The notes beneath the pieces were generated by a model. The model saw only the letters and a list, made by a program, of their open reading frames with translations, made no database searches and had not been told where the DNA came from. A DNA stretch of 64,000 bases from Rubrivivax sp. (GTDB lineage: Bacteria; Pseudomonadota; Gammaproteobacteria; Burkholderiales; Burkholderiaceae_C), in contig JAJTGU010000015.1 of assembly GCA_021297985.1 (NCBI GenBank), forward strand, positions 1,083 to 65,082, read 5' to 3'. Positions within the stretch are counted from its first letter, which is position 1. Each line of letters opens with the position of its first letter. Of the stretch, positions 19,353 to 27,890 are shown one piece after another. A program made the position numbers and the translations under genes.

Positions 19353-19811
19353 ATGTCCCACCCCACCGCGCCCACGGCCTGGCCCGGCCTGGCGCGCCAC
19401 CACCAGATCCACGGCGTGCAGCCGGTGCTGCCGGTGCCCGATGTGCCCGCTGCGGCCGAGTGGTTCTGCCGCGTGCTCGGCTTCGAGCTCGACTTCTTCC
19501 ATGGTGAGCCGGTTTACTACGGCCGCGTCAAGCTCGGTCTGCGGGGCGAGGGCAACTGGGGCGACCCGGTGTTCATCCACCTGCAGCAGACCTGCGAGGC
19601 CATCGTCCCGTGCGGCGAGGTTCGGCTGCACATCGGACACGACATCGATGGCCTGCACGCCCATGCGCTGGCACAAGGCGCCGAGGTGCTGGAGCCGCCC
19701 GCCGACCAGCCCTGGGGCCTGCGCGACATGACGCTTCGGGCTCCGGGAGGACACCTGCTTGTCCTCGGCGCCGAAATCGTCGGAGAAGGCGACGGAGAAG
19801 GCGAGGCTTGA
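19353..19811 (+). CDS. VOC (glyoxalase/bleomycin-resistance) family protein
   Basis: 152 aa with WFCRVLGFELDFFHGEPVYYGRV and QPWGLRDMTLRAPGGHLLVLG, typical of the VOC fold. Confidence 0.8.
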   Translation: MSHPTAPTAWPGLARHHQIHGVQPVLPVPDVPAAAEWFCRVLGFELDFFHGEPVYYGRVKLGLRGEGNWGDPVFIHLQQTCEAIVPCGEVRLHIGHDIDGLHAHALAQGAEVLEPPADQPWGLRDMTLRAPGGHLLVLGAEIVGEGDGEGEA

Positions 19812-20623
19812 GCGCTGCGGCCATTTTTGCCGCGGCGAGCCGGCGCGACCCGGCGCTGCGGGTGCCGCTGTTCTGCCGGGGCCATCCGGTCGGCTCGGTG
19901 GCGCGCGCGCACCTGCCTGTGCTCGAGTCCTGGCCCCGGGCCATCGCGTTGCGCGACGACGGCGTGCACTGGATCGCTGCCGATCTTGAGGCGGCTTTGG
20001 TCGGCATCGATGCCGCGCTTCGCGACCTGGGACACATCCACGGTTGGCGCGACGAGTGGTTTGCGGTGCACTCGCTGGTGGACGGCAGTCGCGCCGTGCG
20101 CATCGAACGCGCCGCGGCGCGCTTCTGGGGCACGCTGACCCTGGGGGCGCATTGCAATGGTTTTGTTGCCGACGGTTCCGGCCGCCCGGTGCGGCTGTGG
20201 ATCGCCCGCCGGGCAATGAGCAAAGCCACCGACCCTGGGCGGCTGGACAACCTGATCGGCGGAGGCGTGCCCGACGGCCAGACCCCGCATGAGACGGTCG
20301 TGCGGGAAGGTCTCGAAGAAGCCGGCCTTCGTCCCAGCCAGATGCGCGGGCTGAAGTCCGCCCGCGTGCTGCGCCTGCACCGTGACATCCCCGAGGGCCT
20401 GCAGCTCGAGGACCTTCACAGCTTCGACCTGGAATTGCCGTCCGATTGGCAGCCCCAGAACCAGGACGGCGAGGTCGCCGGTTTCGACTGCCTGCCACTG
20501 GACGACGCGGTCCAGCTGGCGTTGGGTGGCGCGATGACACTGGACGCCGCGTTGGTGACGCTGGACTTCGCGGCCCGTCATGGCCGCCTCGGGCCGATCG
20601 AGACGGCTGCTCACAATTTCTGA
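19808..20623 (+). CDS. NUDIX hydrolase
   Basis: Nudix box GGGVPDGQTPHETVVREGLEEAGL. The TTG start overlaps the VOC stop (TTGA). The upstream part of ORF 19610..20623 is Arg-rich shadow. Confidence 0.75.
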   Translation: MSAAAIFAAASRRDPALRVPLFCRGHPVGSVARAHLPVLESWPRAIALRDDGVHWIAADLEAALVGIDAALRDLGHIHGWRDEWFAVHSLVDGSRAVRIERAAARFWGTLTLGAHCNGFVADGSGRPVRLWIARRAMSKATDPGRLDNLIGGGVPDGQTPHETVVREGLEEAGLRPSQMRGLKSARVLRLHRDIPEGLQLEDLHSFDLELPSDWQPQNQDGEVAGFDCLPLDDAVQLALGGAMTLDAALVTLDFAARHGRLGPIETAAHNF

Positions 20624-20680
20624 ACCTGATCGTCAAGCGACTTCAATCGCGACCGCTGGCCGGTGGACAGAATTCCTTGC

Positions 20681-21226
20681 ATGACGACCCGCGAGCGCTA
20701 CACCACCCCGGCCATTGCGTTGCACTGGCTGCTGGCGCTGATGATCCTTGGTGCCCTGGGCATGGGGCTCTACATGACCGGACTGCCGTTTTCGATGCAG
20801 CGGCTCAAGCTCTACAACTGGCACAAATGGGCCGGTGTCACGATCCTGGTGTTGTCCGCCGCCCGGTTGCTGTGGCGACTGACCCACCGTCCGCCGACCG
20901 ACCCGCCGGGCATGCCGGCCTGGCAGGTGCGGGTGGCGCACGCCGTCCACATCGCGCTTTATGGCGTCTTCTTTGCCGTTCCGCTCTCGGGCTGGGCCTA
21001 CAGCTCGGCTTCGGGCTTTCCCATCGTGTGGTTTGCGGTGCTGCCCTTGCCTGACTTTGTGCCGGTGGACCGTGATCTGGCCGATACGCTGAAGCTTGTC
21101 CACCACTGGCTGGCCTACGCACTGGCAGCGCTGGTGGCACTGCACGTGGCGGCGGCGCTGAAGCATCAGTTCATCGACCGCGATGGCCTTCTGCGCCGCA
21201 TGTGGCCACAACCCCACCGAACCTGA
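20681..21226 (+). CDS. cytochrome b561 family protein
   Basis: MTTRERYTTPAIALHWLLALMILG... with four TM helices and conserved His residues (HW, HKW, HxxLY, HxxxAL). Confidence 0.9.
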   Translation: MTTRERYTTPAIALHWLLALMILGALGMGLYMTGLPFSMQRLKLYNWHKWAGVTILVLSAARLLWRLTHRPPTDPPGMPAWQVRVAHAVHIALYGVFFAVPLSGWAYSSASGFPIVWFAVLPLPDFVPVDRDLADTLKLVHHWLAYALAALVALHVAAALKHQFIDRDGLLRRMWPQPHRT

Positions 21227-21247
21227 GCCCCCGAAAGGCTGCCTGCC

Positions 21248-21862
21248 ATGACCATCTTCCGATTCACCGGCCTGGCGCTTGTCTGCGGCGCGATGGGCCT
21301 GTGGGCCGGCGTCTGCCTGGCCCAGGCCAAGCCCGCCGCGTCGCCCCCTGCGGCGCTGCCCGTGGCCCAGCTGGTCAGCGCGGGCAGCGAGATCGTCTTC
21401 ACCACGCGCCAGCTCGGCGTTCCGGTGGAAGGCAAGTTCCAGCGCTTCACGGCGCAGATCGCGCTCGACCCGAAGAAGCCCGAGACCGGCAGCGTCGCCT
21501 TTGCCATCGACACCACCAGCACGCGCTTCGGCAGCGCCGAACTCGATGCCGAGGTGCCCAAGGCGATCTGGCTCGACACCAAGCGTTTCCCGCAGGCGAG
21601 CTTTGCCAGCAAGTCCGTCAAGGGCCTCGGGGGCGGCCGGTTCGAGGTCGCCGGTGCATTGACGATCAAGGGCAACACCCGAGATCTGCTGGTGCCGGTG
21701 CAACTCGTGCAGGCCGGCGGCAGCAGCACGGCCAGCGGCAGCTTCACGATCAAGCGCATCGACTTCAAGGTCGGCGAAGGCGAGTGGACCGACACCTCGA
21801 TGCTCGCCAACGACGTTGTCGTGCGCTTCAAGCTCCAGCTCACCGGAGTACCCGCGCTCTGA
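21248..21862 (+). CDS. YceI family periplasmic protein
   Basis: Signal peptide, then SEIVFTTRQLGVPVEGKFQRF and LTIKGNTRDL, typical of YceI. Confidence 0.9.
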   Translation: MTIFRFTGLALVCGAMGLWAGVCLAQAKPAASPPAALPVAQLVSAGSEIVFTTRQLGVPVEGKFQRFTAQIALDPKKPETGSVAFAIDTTSTRFGSAELDAEVPKAIWLDTKRFPQASFASKSVKGLGGGRFEVAGALTIKGNTRDLLVPVQLVQAGGSSTASGSFTIKRIDFKVGEGEWTDTSMLANDVVVRFKLQLTGVPAL

Positions 21863-21911
21863 CGGCGCAATCCCCTCGACCCGATCCTTCTTCTCCACCT
21901 CACCCATCGAC

Positions 21912-22493
21912 ATGAACAAGTCCCTCATTGCCGCGGCGCTCGTTTCGTCCACCCTGCTCGTCGCCACCGGCGCAGCCCAGGCCCAGCCCACGACCTACGC
22001 CATCGACCCGACGCACACCTTCGTCACCTGGGAGGCGATGCACTTCGGCACCAGCACCAGCCGTGGCCGCTTCGACAAGAAGGAAGGCACGGTGCAGTTC
22101 GACCGTGCCGGCAAGTCGGCCAAGGTCGACATCACCATCGACATGGCCAGTATCAGCACCGGCGTCGCACCGTTCGACCGCCACCTGCGCAGCGCCGATT
22201 TCTTCGACGCCGAGAAGAACCCGCAGGCCCGCTTCGTTGGCGAACAGGCCACGTTCAATGGCAACAACGTCGCCGCCATCGCCGGCACGCTGACCTTGCG
22301 CGGTGTCGCCCGACCGGTGACGCTGACCGCCACCCGCTTCAACTGCTACGACAACCCGATCCTCAAGCGCGAGGTCTGCGGCGGCGACTTCGAAGCGACG
22401 ATCCAGCGCAGCCAGTTCGGCATGACCTACGGCCTGCCCGGCATCCCGGACAACATCCGGCTGCTGATCCAGGTCGAAGCCGTCAAGCAGTAA
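21912..22493 (+). CDS. YceI family periplasmic protein
   Basis: MNKSLIAAALVSSTLLVATGAAQA signal, then YAIDPTHTFVTWEAMHFGTSTSRGRF and LTLRGVARPVTL. Confidence 0.9.
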   Translation: MNKSLIAAALVSSTLLVATGAAQAQPTTYAIDPTHTFVTWEAMHFGTSTSRGRFDKKEGTVQFDRAGKSAKVDITIDMASISTGVAPFDRHLRSADFFDAEKNPQARFVGEQATFNGNNVAAIAGTLTLRGVARPVTLTATRFNCYDNPILKREVCGGDFEATIQRSQFGMTYGLPGIPDNIRLLIQVEAVKQ

Positions 22494-22497
22494 ACCG

Positions 22498-23079
22498 GTG
22501 AGGCTTTCCGCCTGGGCGTGGCTCGCGGCTTGCGCCGCGGCATGGTCGGCCCAGGCGGCGGAGCTGCCGCGCTACACGCTCGACAGCGAACGCAGCTTCG
22601 TCCACTGGGAGGTCGTGCACTTCTCGACTTCGACGATGCGCGGGCGTTTCGGCCCGCTGGCCGGAGAGGTCCGCTACGACCCCGCCAGCGGGCGCGGCAG
22701 CCTCGGCCTCGTCATCGACACCACGACGCTGAGCACGGGCTTTCGCATCTTCGACAGCCGTCTGCGCCAGCCGGATCTCTTTTCGACCGAGGCCTATCCA
22801 CAGGCGTTTTTCAGCGCCGGGGCCTTTCGCCTCGTCCCGGGCGCGGCCGCGCCACAAGAGCTGCGCGGCGAGGTGACGATCAAGGGCAGCAGTGCGCCGC
22901 TGGCCCTGCGTGCGATCCGCTTCTCGTGTCGGCCCGCGACCGCCACGACCGCTGAAGTCTGTGGCGGTGACTTCGAGGCCCAGCTGCTGCGCAGCGACTT
23001 CGGCATGAGCTTCGGCCTGCCGTTCATCGCCGACGCGGTGCGACTGGTGATCCAGGTCGAGGCGCGGCGCGAGCCCTGA
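22498..23079 (+). CDS. YceI family periplasmic protein
   Basis: GTG start. YTLDSERSFVHWEVVHFSTSTMRGRF and VTIKGSSAPLAL. It is a paralogue of the preceding gene. Confidence 0.85.
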   Translation: MRLSAWAWLAACAAAWSAQAAELPRYTLDSERSFVHWEVVHFSTSTMRGRFGPLAGEVRYDPASGRGSLGLVIDTTTLSTGFRIFDSRLRQPDLFSTEAYPQAFFSAGAFRLVPGAAAPQELRGEVTIKGSSAPLALRAIRFSCRPATATTAEVCGGDFEAQLLRSDFGMSFGLPFIADAVRLVIQVEARREP

Positions 23080-23265
23080 TTGGCATCCGGATTCGCACAA
23101 CGGCTTTGCCCCGGGTTGACCCGAGTTGCCTGATCAAACAACGCTCGCGATAGTTGTCCTGTTGTATCTGCCCGGGCTTTGTCCTGGACATATCCACTGA
23201 TGCCAAGGGGCCAATCGAGCCTCGGAGCCCTTTCTTTCGCTCAGCCCTACAGGAGACAAATCCAC

Positions 23266-24408
23266 ATGTCCAAGACTCCGTCCGTTCCTGGCGCGCCTGC
23301 CGTTCGCCGCCGATTCCTGAAGTCCGCCGCCGCTGCCGGCGTCGGCACCGCGGCGATGACCGCACCGATGGTGTCGATGGCCCAGACCACGACCTTCCGG
23401 TTCCAGAGCACCTGGCCGGCCAAGGACATCTTCCACGAGTACGCCAACGACTTCGCCAAGAAGGTCAACGACATGGCGGGCAACCGCCTGAAGATCGAAG
23501 TCCTGCCTTCGGGCTCGGTCGTGCCGGCCTTCCAGTTGCTGGACGCGGTCAACAAGGGCACGCTCGACGGCGGCCACGGGGTCGTCGCCTACCACTACGG
23601 CAAGGCCAACTCCCTCGCGCTGTGGGGGTCCGGCCCGGCCTTCGGCATGGACCCGAACATGGTGCTGGCCTGGCACTACTACGGTGGCGGCAAGGCGCTG
23701 CTCGAAGAGATCTACAAGTCGCTGAACATCGACGTCGTGTCGTTCCTCTACGGTCCGATGCCGACCCAGCCGCTGGGCTGGTTCAAGAAGCCGATCGCCA
23801 AGGCCGACGACCTGAAGGGCCTGAAGTTCCGGACCGTGGGCCTCGCCGTCGACGTGTTCAAGGAACTCGGCGCCGCCGTCAACCCGCTGCCTGGCGGCGA
23901 GATCGTTCCGGCCCTGGACCGTGGCCTGATCGACGCGGCGGAGTTCAACAACGCCTCCAGCGACCGCCTGCTCGGCTTCCCGGACGTGGTCAAGAACTGC
24001 ATGCTGCAGAGCTTCCACCAGAGCGGCGAGCAGTTCGAGATCCTGTTCAACAAGGACAAGTACAACGCGCTGCCGGGTGAACTCAAGTCGGTGATCGATT
24101 ACGCGGTTCAGGCGGCCAGTGCCGACATGTCCTGGAAGGCGATCCAGCGCAACAGCGCCGACTACATCGAACTGAAGACCAAGGACAAGGTCAACTTCTA
24201 CAAGACGCCCGACAGCGTGTTGCGCGCGCAGTTGGCCGCCTGGGACAAGGTCACCAAGGCGAAATCGGCCGAGCAGCCGCTGTTCGCCAAGGTCATGGAC
24301 AGCCAGCGTGCCTTCGCCCAGCGCGCCGGCGCCTGGCAGAACGACTACATGGTCGACTTCAAGATGGCCTGGAACCACTACTTCCGCGCGCCGGCCAAGA
24401 GGGCCTGA
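23266..24408 (+). CDS. TRAP transporter substrate-binding protein (Tat signal)
   Basis: AGGAGA lies 9 nt upstream of ATG 23266. Twin-arginine signal VRRRFLKSAAAAGVGTAAMTAPMVSMA. Body is DctP-like (FRFQSTWPAKDIFHE...). Confidence 0.9.
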   Translation: MSKTPSVPGAPAVRRRFLKSAAAAGVGTAAMTAPMVSMAQTTTFRFQSTWPAKDIFHEYANDFAKKVNDMAGNRLKIEVLPSGSVVPAFQLLDAVNKGTLDGGHGVVAYHYGKANSLALWGSGPAFGMDPNMVLAWHYYGGGKALLEEIYKSLNIDVVSFLYGPMPTQPLGWFKKPIAKADDLKGLKFRTVGLAVDVFKELGAAVNPLPGGEIVPALDRGLIDAAEFNNASSDRLLGFPDVVKNCMLQSFHQSGEQFEILFNKDKYNALPGELKSVIDYAVQAASADMSWKAIQRNSADYIELKTKDKVNFYKTPDSVLRAQLAAWDKVTKAKSAEQPLFAKVMDSQRAFAQRAGAWQNDYMVDFKMAWNHYFRAPAKRA

Positions 24409-24430
24409 CCCCCGAACCGCCCTTGTGCCA

Positions 24431-24466
24431 GGGCCACCGCTGCCGAAAGGCCGGTGGCCCTTTTTG
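24431..24466 (+). terminator. intrinsic terminator-like hairpin between the TRAP SBP and permease genes
   Basis: GGGCCACCG-12 nt loop-CGGTGGCCC followed by TTTTT, starting 23 nt after the SBP stop. Confidence 0.5.
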
Positions 24467-24505
24467 CGCACCGATCGCCCTGTTTTCGTTCTGGAGATTG
24501 CTGCG

Positions 24506-25126
24506 ATGCAAAGCCTGCTGTTGCGGGTAGACCGCCTGTCCACCTGGCTGGGCCAGCTTTTCTCCTGGCTCATCGTGGCACTGACGCTGATGATCACCTG
24601 GGAGGTGTTCTCGCGCTACGTCCTGAACACCCCACACGACTGGGCGCTCGACGTGCAGATCATCCTGTACGGCACCATCTTCATGATGGCCGGCGCCTAC
24701 ACGCTGGCCAAGAATGGCCATGTGCGCGGCGACGTGCTCTACAGCTTCTTCAAGCCGAGCACGCAGGCCAAATGGGACCTGCTGTTGTACTTCGTCTTCT
24801 TCATGCCCGGCGTGGTGGCCATGACCTGGGCCGGCTGGACCTTCGCCAACGAGTCGATGGCGATCCGCGAGAACACCTTCAGCGCCACGCCGATCCCCAT
24901 CTACCCCTTCAAGTTCGTGATCCCGCTGGCAGGCGGCATGCTGCTGCTGCAGGGCATCGTCGAAATCGTGCGCTGCATCGTGTGCATCCGCGACGGCGCC
25001 TGGCCCTCGCGCGAACAAGACGTGGAAGAAGTCGACGTCGAGAAACTCAAGGCCCTGGTGCATGTCAAGGACGAAGACATCGCCAAACTCGACCAGTTGC
25101 TGGTCAAGCAGGAGTCGGCCAAATGA
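24506..25126 (+). CDS. TRAP transporter small permease subunit
   Basis: GGAG upstream of ATG 24506. Four TM helices, DctQ-like, 206 aa. Confidence 0.9.
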   Translation: MQSLLLRVDRLSTWLGQLFSWLIVALTLMITWEVFSRYVLNTPHDWALDVQIILYGTIFMMAGAYTLAKNGHVRGDVLYSFFKPSTQAKWDLLLYFVFFMPGVVAMTWAGWTFANESMAIRENTFSATPIPIYPFKFVIPLAGGMLLLQGIVEIVRCIVCIRDGAWPSREQDVEEVDVEKLKALVHVKDEDIAKLDQLLVKQESAK

Positions 25127-27132
25127 AGGTCCGCAAGGAACTCTGGTTCGGCTTCATCATCATGGGGCTGATCATCGCCGGCACGCTGTTCATGCTTCTG
25201 TCGGCGCCCAAGATCACCAACGGCCACCTCGGCCTGATGATGCTGGGGCTGGTGGTGGTGGCCATCATGCTGGGCTTCCCGACGGCGTTCACGCTGATGG
25301 GCATGGGCATGATCTTCACCTGGGTCGCCTATGAGGAAGACACCTCCAAGACGCTGACCCTGATGGTGCAGAGCGCCTTCAAGGTGATGGGCAACGACGT
25401 GCTCATCTCGATCCCGCTGTTCGTGTTCATGGGCTACCTGGTCGAACGCGCCAACCTGATCGAGAAACTGTTCAAGAGCCTGCACCTGGCGATGGCGCGC
25501 GTGCCGGGGTCCTTGGCCGTGGCCACCATCTTCACCTGCGCGGTGTTCGCCACCGCCACCGGCATCGTCGGCGCGGTGGTCACGCTGATGGGCCTGCTGG
25601 CCTTCCCGCAGATGATCAAGGGCGGCTACGACGTGCGCGTCGGCGCCGGCGCCATCACGGCCGGCGGCTGCCTGGGCATCCTGATCCCGCCCTCGGTGAT
25701 GTTGATCGTGTATGGCGCCACCGCCGGGGTGTCCGTGGTGCAGCTCTATGCGGGCGCCCTGTTTCCCGGCTTGATGCTGGCCGGGCTTTACGTCATCTAC
25801 ATCGTCCTGCTGGCCAAGCTCAAGCCCAACCTGATGCCGCCGCTGTCGATGGCAGACCGCTTCGTGCCGCTGCCCAGCGGCACGGCACAAGTCTCGCAGC
25901 AGATCTCCAACACCGCGCTGCCGGCGTTGCTGCGGGCGCTGACGGGCGGCCTGAAGGGCCCTGCGAACCAGGCCGTGCCCACGGGCTACCTGCTGCAGCA
26001 GTTGGGCGTCGCGCTGCTGCCGCTGCTGGTGTTTGCTGCGGTGAGTGCATTCAGCTGGCACCTGAACACGCGCGCCCCGGAGCCTTTGGCGACGATGGCC
26101 CCCATCGGCAGCGAGATGGCCGAGCCGGCTGGCGCCGAGGCAGCCGAGAGCTCGTCGGGTGGTGGCTTGCAGGAGCCCCCGTCGGGCGGCTTGCAGGAAC
26201 CTCCCGCCACCAGTGGCGGCCTGCAGGAGCCGCCCACCGCTGGCGGCAGCCTGCAGGAGCCCCCGGCCAGCGGCTTGCAGGAACCTGGCGCCGCCTCGGC
26301 ACCACCGCCCAGTGGCCTGCAGGAGCCCGCGGCGGCGATCGCCAGCGCCACGCCAGACGCGGCCGTTGCAGAGCGCACGCCGCCCACCCGCGGCTTCTGG
26401 ATCGGCCTGGGTGTCGGCGCGCTGGCGATGGTCGCGTTCTACGCGATGCTCAGTTTCCAGCGGCTCGAGATCTTCAAGATGCTTCTGGCGAGCTTTTTCC
26501 CGCTGGTCGTGCTGATCCTGTCCGTGCTGGGCAGCATCGTGCTGGGCCTGGCCACGCCGACCGAGGCGGCGGCGGTGGGGGCCTTCGGCGGCTTCCTGCT
26601 GGCGGTGGCTTACCGGCAGTTCAATCTGGCGATGCTGAAGGAAAGTGTCTTTCTCACCGCCAAGACCAGCGCCATGGTGTGCTGGCTGTTCGTGGGCAGC
26701 GCCATCTTCTCGGCGGCGTTTGCGTTGCTCGGCGGACAGGAACTGGTCGAGACCTGGGTCATGTCGATGAACCTGACCAAGACCGAGTTCCTGGTCTTGA
26801 GCCAGGTGATCATCTTCATCCTGGGGTGGCCGCTGGAGTGGACCGAGATCATCGTGATCTTCATGCCCATCTTCATTCCGCTGCTCGACAACTTCGGCGT
26901 CGACCCGCTGTTCTTCGGCCTGCTGGTGGCGTTGAACCTGCAGACCGCCTTCCTGAGCCCGCCGGTGGCGATGGCGGCCTTCTACCTGAAGGGTGTGAGC
27001 CCACCGCATGTGACGCTGAATCAGATCTTCGCTGGCATGCTGCCCTTCATGGGCATCCAGGACATTGCCATCGTGCTGCTCTTCAACTTCCCGGCGATCG
27101 GCCTTTGGCTTCCCGAAGTGCTCTACAAATAG
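25123..27132 (+). CDS. TRAP transporter large permease subunit with a repeat-containing insertion
   Basis: ATGA overlap with the small permease gene. DctM-like polytopic protein of 669 aa, carrying a roughly 190-aa non-membrane insertion (about residues 235-425). Confidence 0.9.
   Translation: MKVRKELWFGFIIMGLIIAGTLFMLLSAPKITNGHLGLMMLGLVVVAIMLGFPTAFTLMGMGMIFTWVAYEEDTSKTLTLMVQSAFKVMGNDVLISIPLFVFMGYLVERANLIEKLFKSLHLAMARVPGSLAVATIFTCAVFATATGIVGAVVTLMGLLAFPQMIKGGYDVRVGAGAITAGGCLGILIPPSVMLIVYGATAGVSVVQLYAGALFPGLMLAGLYVIYIVLLAKLKPNLMPPLSMADRFVPLPSGTAQVSQQISNTALPALLRALTGGLKGPANQAVPTGYLLQQLGVALLPLLVFAAVSAFSWHLNTRAPEPLATMAPIGSEMAEPAGAEAAESSSGGGLQEPPSGGLQEPPATSGGLQEPPTAGGSLQEPPASGLQEPGAASAPPPSGLQEPAAAIASATPDAAVAERTPPTRGFWIGLGVGALAMVAFYAMLSFQRLEIFKMLLASFFPLVVLILSVLGSIVLGLATPTEAAAVGAFGGFLLAVAYRQFNLAMLKESVFLTAKTSAMVCWLFVGSAIFSAAFALLGGQELVETWVMSMNLTKTEFLVLSQVIIFILGWPLEWTEIIVIFMPIFIPLLDNFGVDPLFFGLLVALNLQTAFLSPPVAMAAFYLKGVSPPHVTLNQIFAGMLPFMGIQDIAIVLLFNFPAIGLWLPEVLYK
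26161..26328 (+). repeat. six imperfect in-frame repeats encoding (S)GGLQEP(P) inside the DctM gene
   Basis: The core GGCYTGCAGGARCC recurs six times at variable spacing. Translation: GGLQEPPSGGLQEPPATSGGLQEPPTAGGSLQEPPASGLQEPGAASAPPPSGLQEP. Confidence 0.85.
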
Positions 27133-27142
27133 CCGAATCGTC

Positions 27143-27180
27143 GAAAAAAAAGAGCCGGCTCGGGTCTGACCCGGCCGGCC
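27143..27180 (-). terminator. intrinsic terminator for the minus-strand Rrf2 gene
   Basis: GCCGGCTCGGG-TCTGA-CCCGGCCGGC hairpin (10 bp with one bulge). It is preceded on the plus strand by A8, which is a U-run after the hairpin on the minus strand. Confidence 0.55.
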
Positions 27181-27227
27181 GATGAAGCACAGAGAGAGAG
27201 AAAAAGGATCGAAATCGCGCCCGGGAT

Positions 27228-27746
27228 TCAGCCCGCGAAGCTTCGGCCGAAGGCAAACACCGAGTTCGGCGCCGTGGTCCGCAGCGGCTTGACCACCGGC
27301 TGGTTGGTGATGGCGCGTCGTGTCGGCTTGGCCTCGACGGTCACGCCCTTGGCAACTTGTTCGTCGACCAGCGACTTCAGCGAAATCGTGCCCATGTGGG
27401 CCAGCATCACGGCGTTCAGACGCTGCCAGAGCTCCCGGCTCATCCCGTCGGCGGCGGCGCTGCCCTCGGCGTCCCCGGCTTCATCCAGCGGTTCGTCGAC
27501 GGCGCTGACGATGTCCGCCACCGAGATGTCGGTCGCCTGGCGACCCAGCGTGTAGCCGCCTCCCGGGCCCCGGGTGGAGGCCACCACGCCGTTGCGGCGC
27601 AGCCGGGAGAACATCTGCTCCAGGTACGACAGCGAGATCTGCTGGCGGGCACTGATGCTGGCCAGCGCGACAGGGCCGGCCGGCTCGCGCAGGGCGAGGT
27701 CGATCATCGCGTTGACCGCAAAGCGGCCTTTGGTGCTCATGCGCAT
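27228..27746 (-). CDS. Rrf2 family transcriptional regulator (no cysteines)
   Basis: MRMSTKGRFAVNAMIDLALREPAGPVALASISARQQISLSYLEQMFSRLRRNGVVASTRGPGGGYTL is an IscR-like wHTH. The usual Cys-rich loop is replaced by DEAGDAEGSAAADG. No isc genes are adjacent. Confidence 0.9.
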   Translation of the reverse strand: MRMSTKGRFAVNAMIDLALREPAGPVALASISARQQISLSYLEQMFSRLRRNGVVASTRGPGGGYTLGRQATDISVADIVSAVDEPLDEAGDAEGSAAADGMSRELWQRLNAVMLAHMGTISLKSLVDEQVAKGVTVEAKPTRRAITNQPVVKPLRTTAPNSVFAFGRSFAG

Positions 27747-27830
27747 GGTGTCCGGACTCCGAAGACGAAAGTGGGCCAAAAGGGAAGCAACAACACCGTG
27801 CAGTCTAGGGACGAATTCACTTCGCGTAAA

Positions 27831-27843
27831 TTCGATAATCGAA
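27831..27843. promoter_or_regulatory. 13-bp palindrome TTCGATAATCGAA (T-N11-A), candidate LysR-type box
   Basis: It lies in the AT-rich divergent rrf2/lysR intergenic region and is flanked by direct repeats TCACTTCGCGTAAA (27817-27830) and TCACTTCGGTAAAA (27849-27862). Confidence 0.35.
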
Positions 27844-27890
27844 CAATCTCACTTCGGTAAAAACTTACGGTCAAGGAATATGCCGCGGCC

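Noticed and set aside
26161-26328. Possible CRISPR-like or VNTR array
   Set aside because: The repeats are short and imperfect, sit in-frame inside a permease gene, have spacers of unequal length, and have no cas genes nearby. It is a coding low-complexity repeat.
27181-27210. Purine tract AGAGAGAGAGAAAAAGG as a functional repeat
   Set aside because: It is a single short homopurine run next to a terminator. There are no additional copies or flanking features to support a function.
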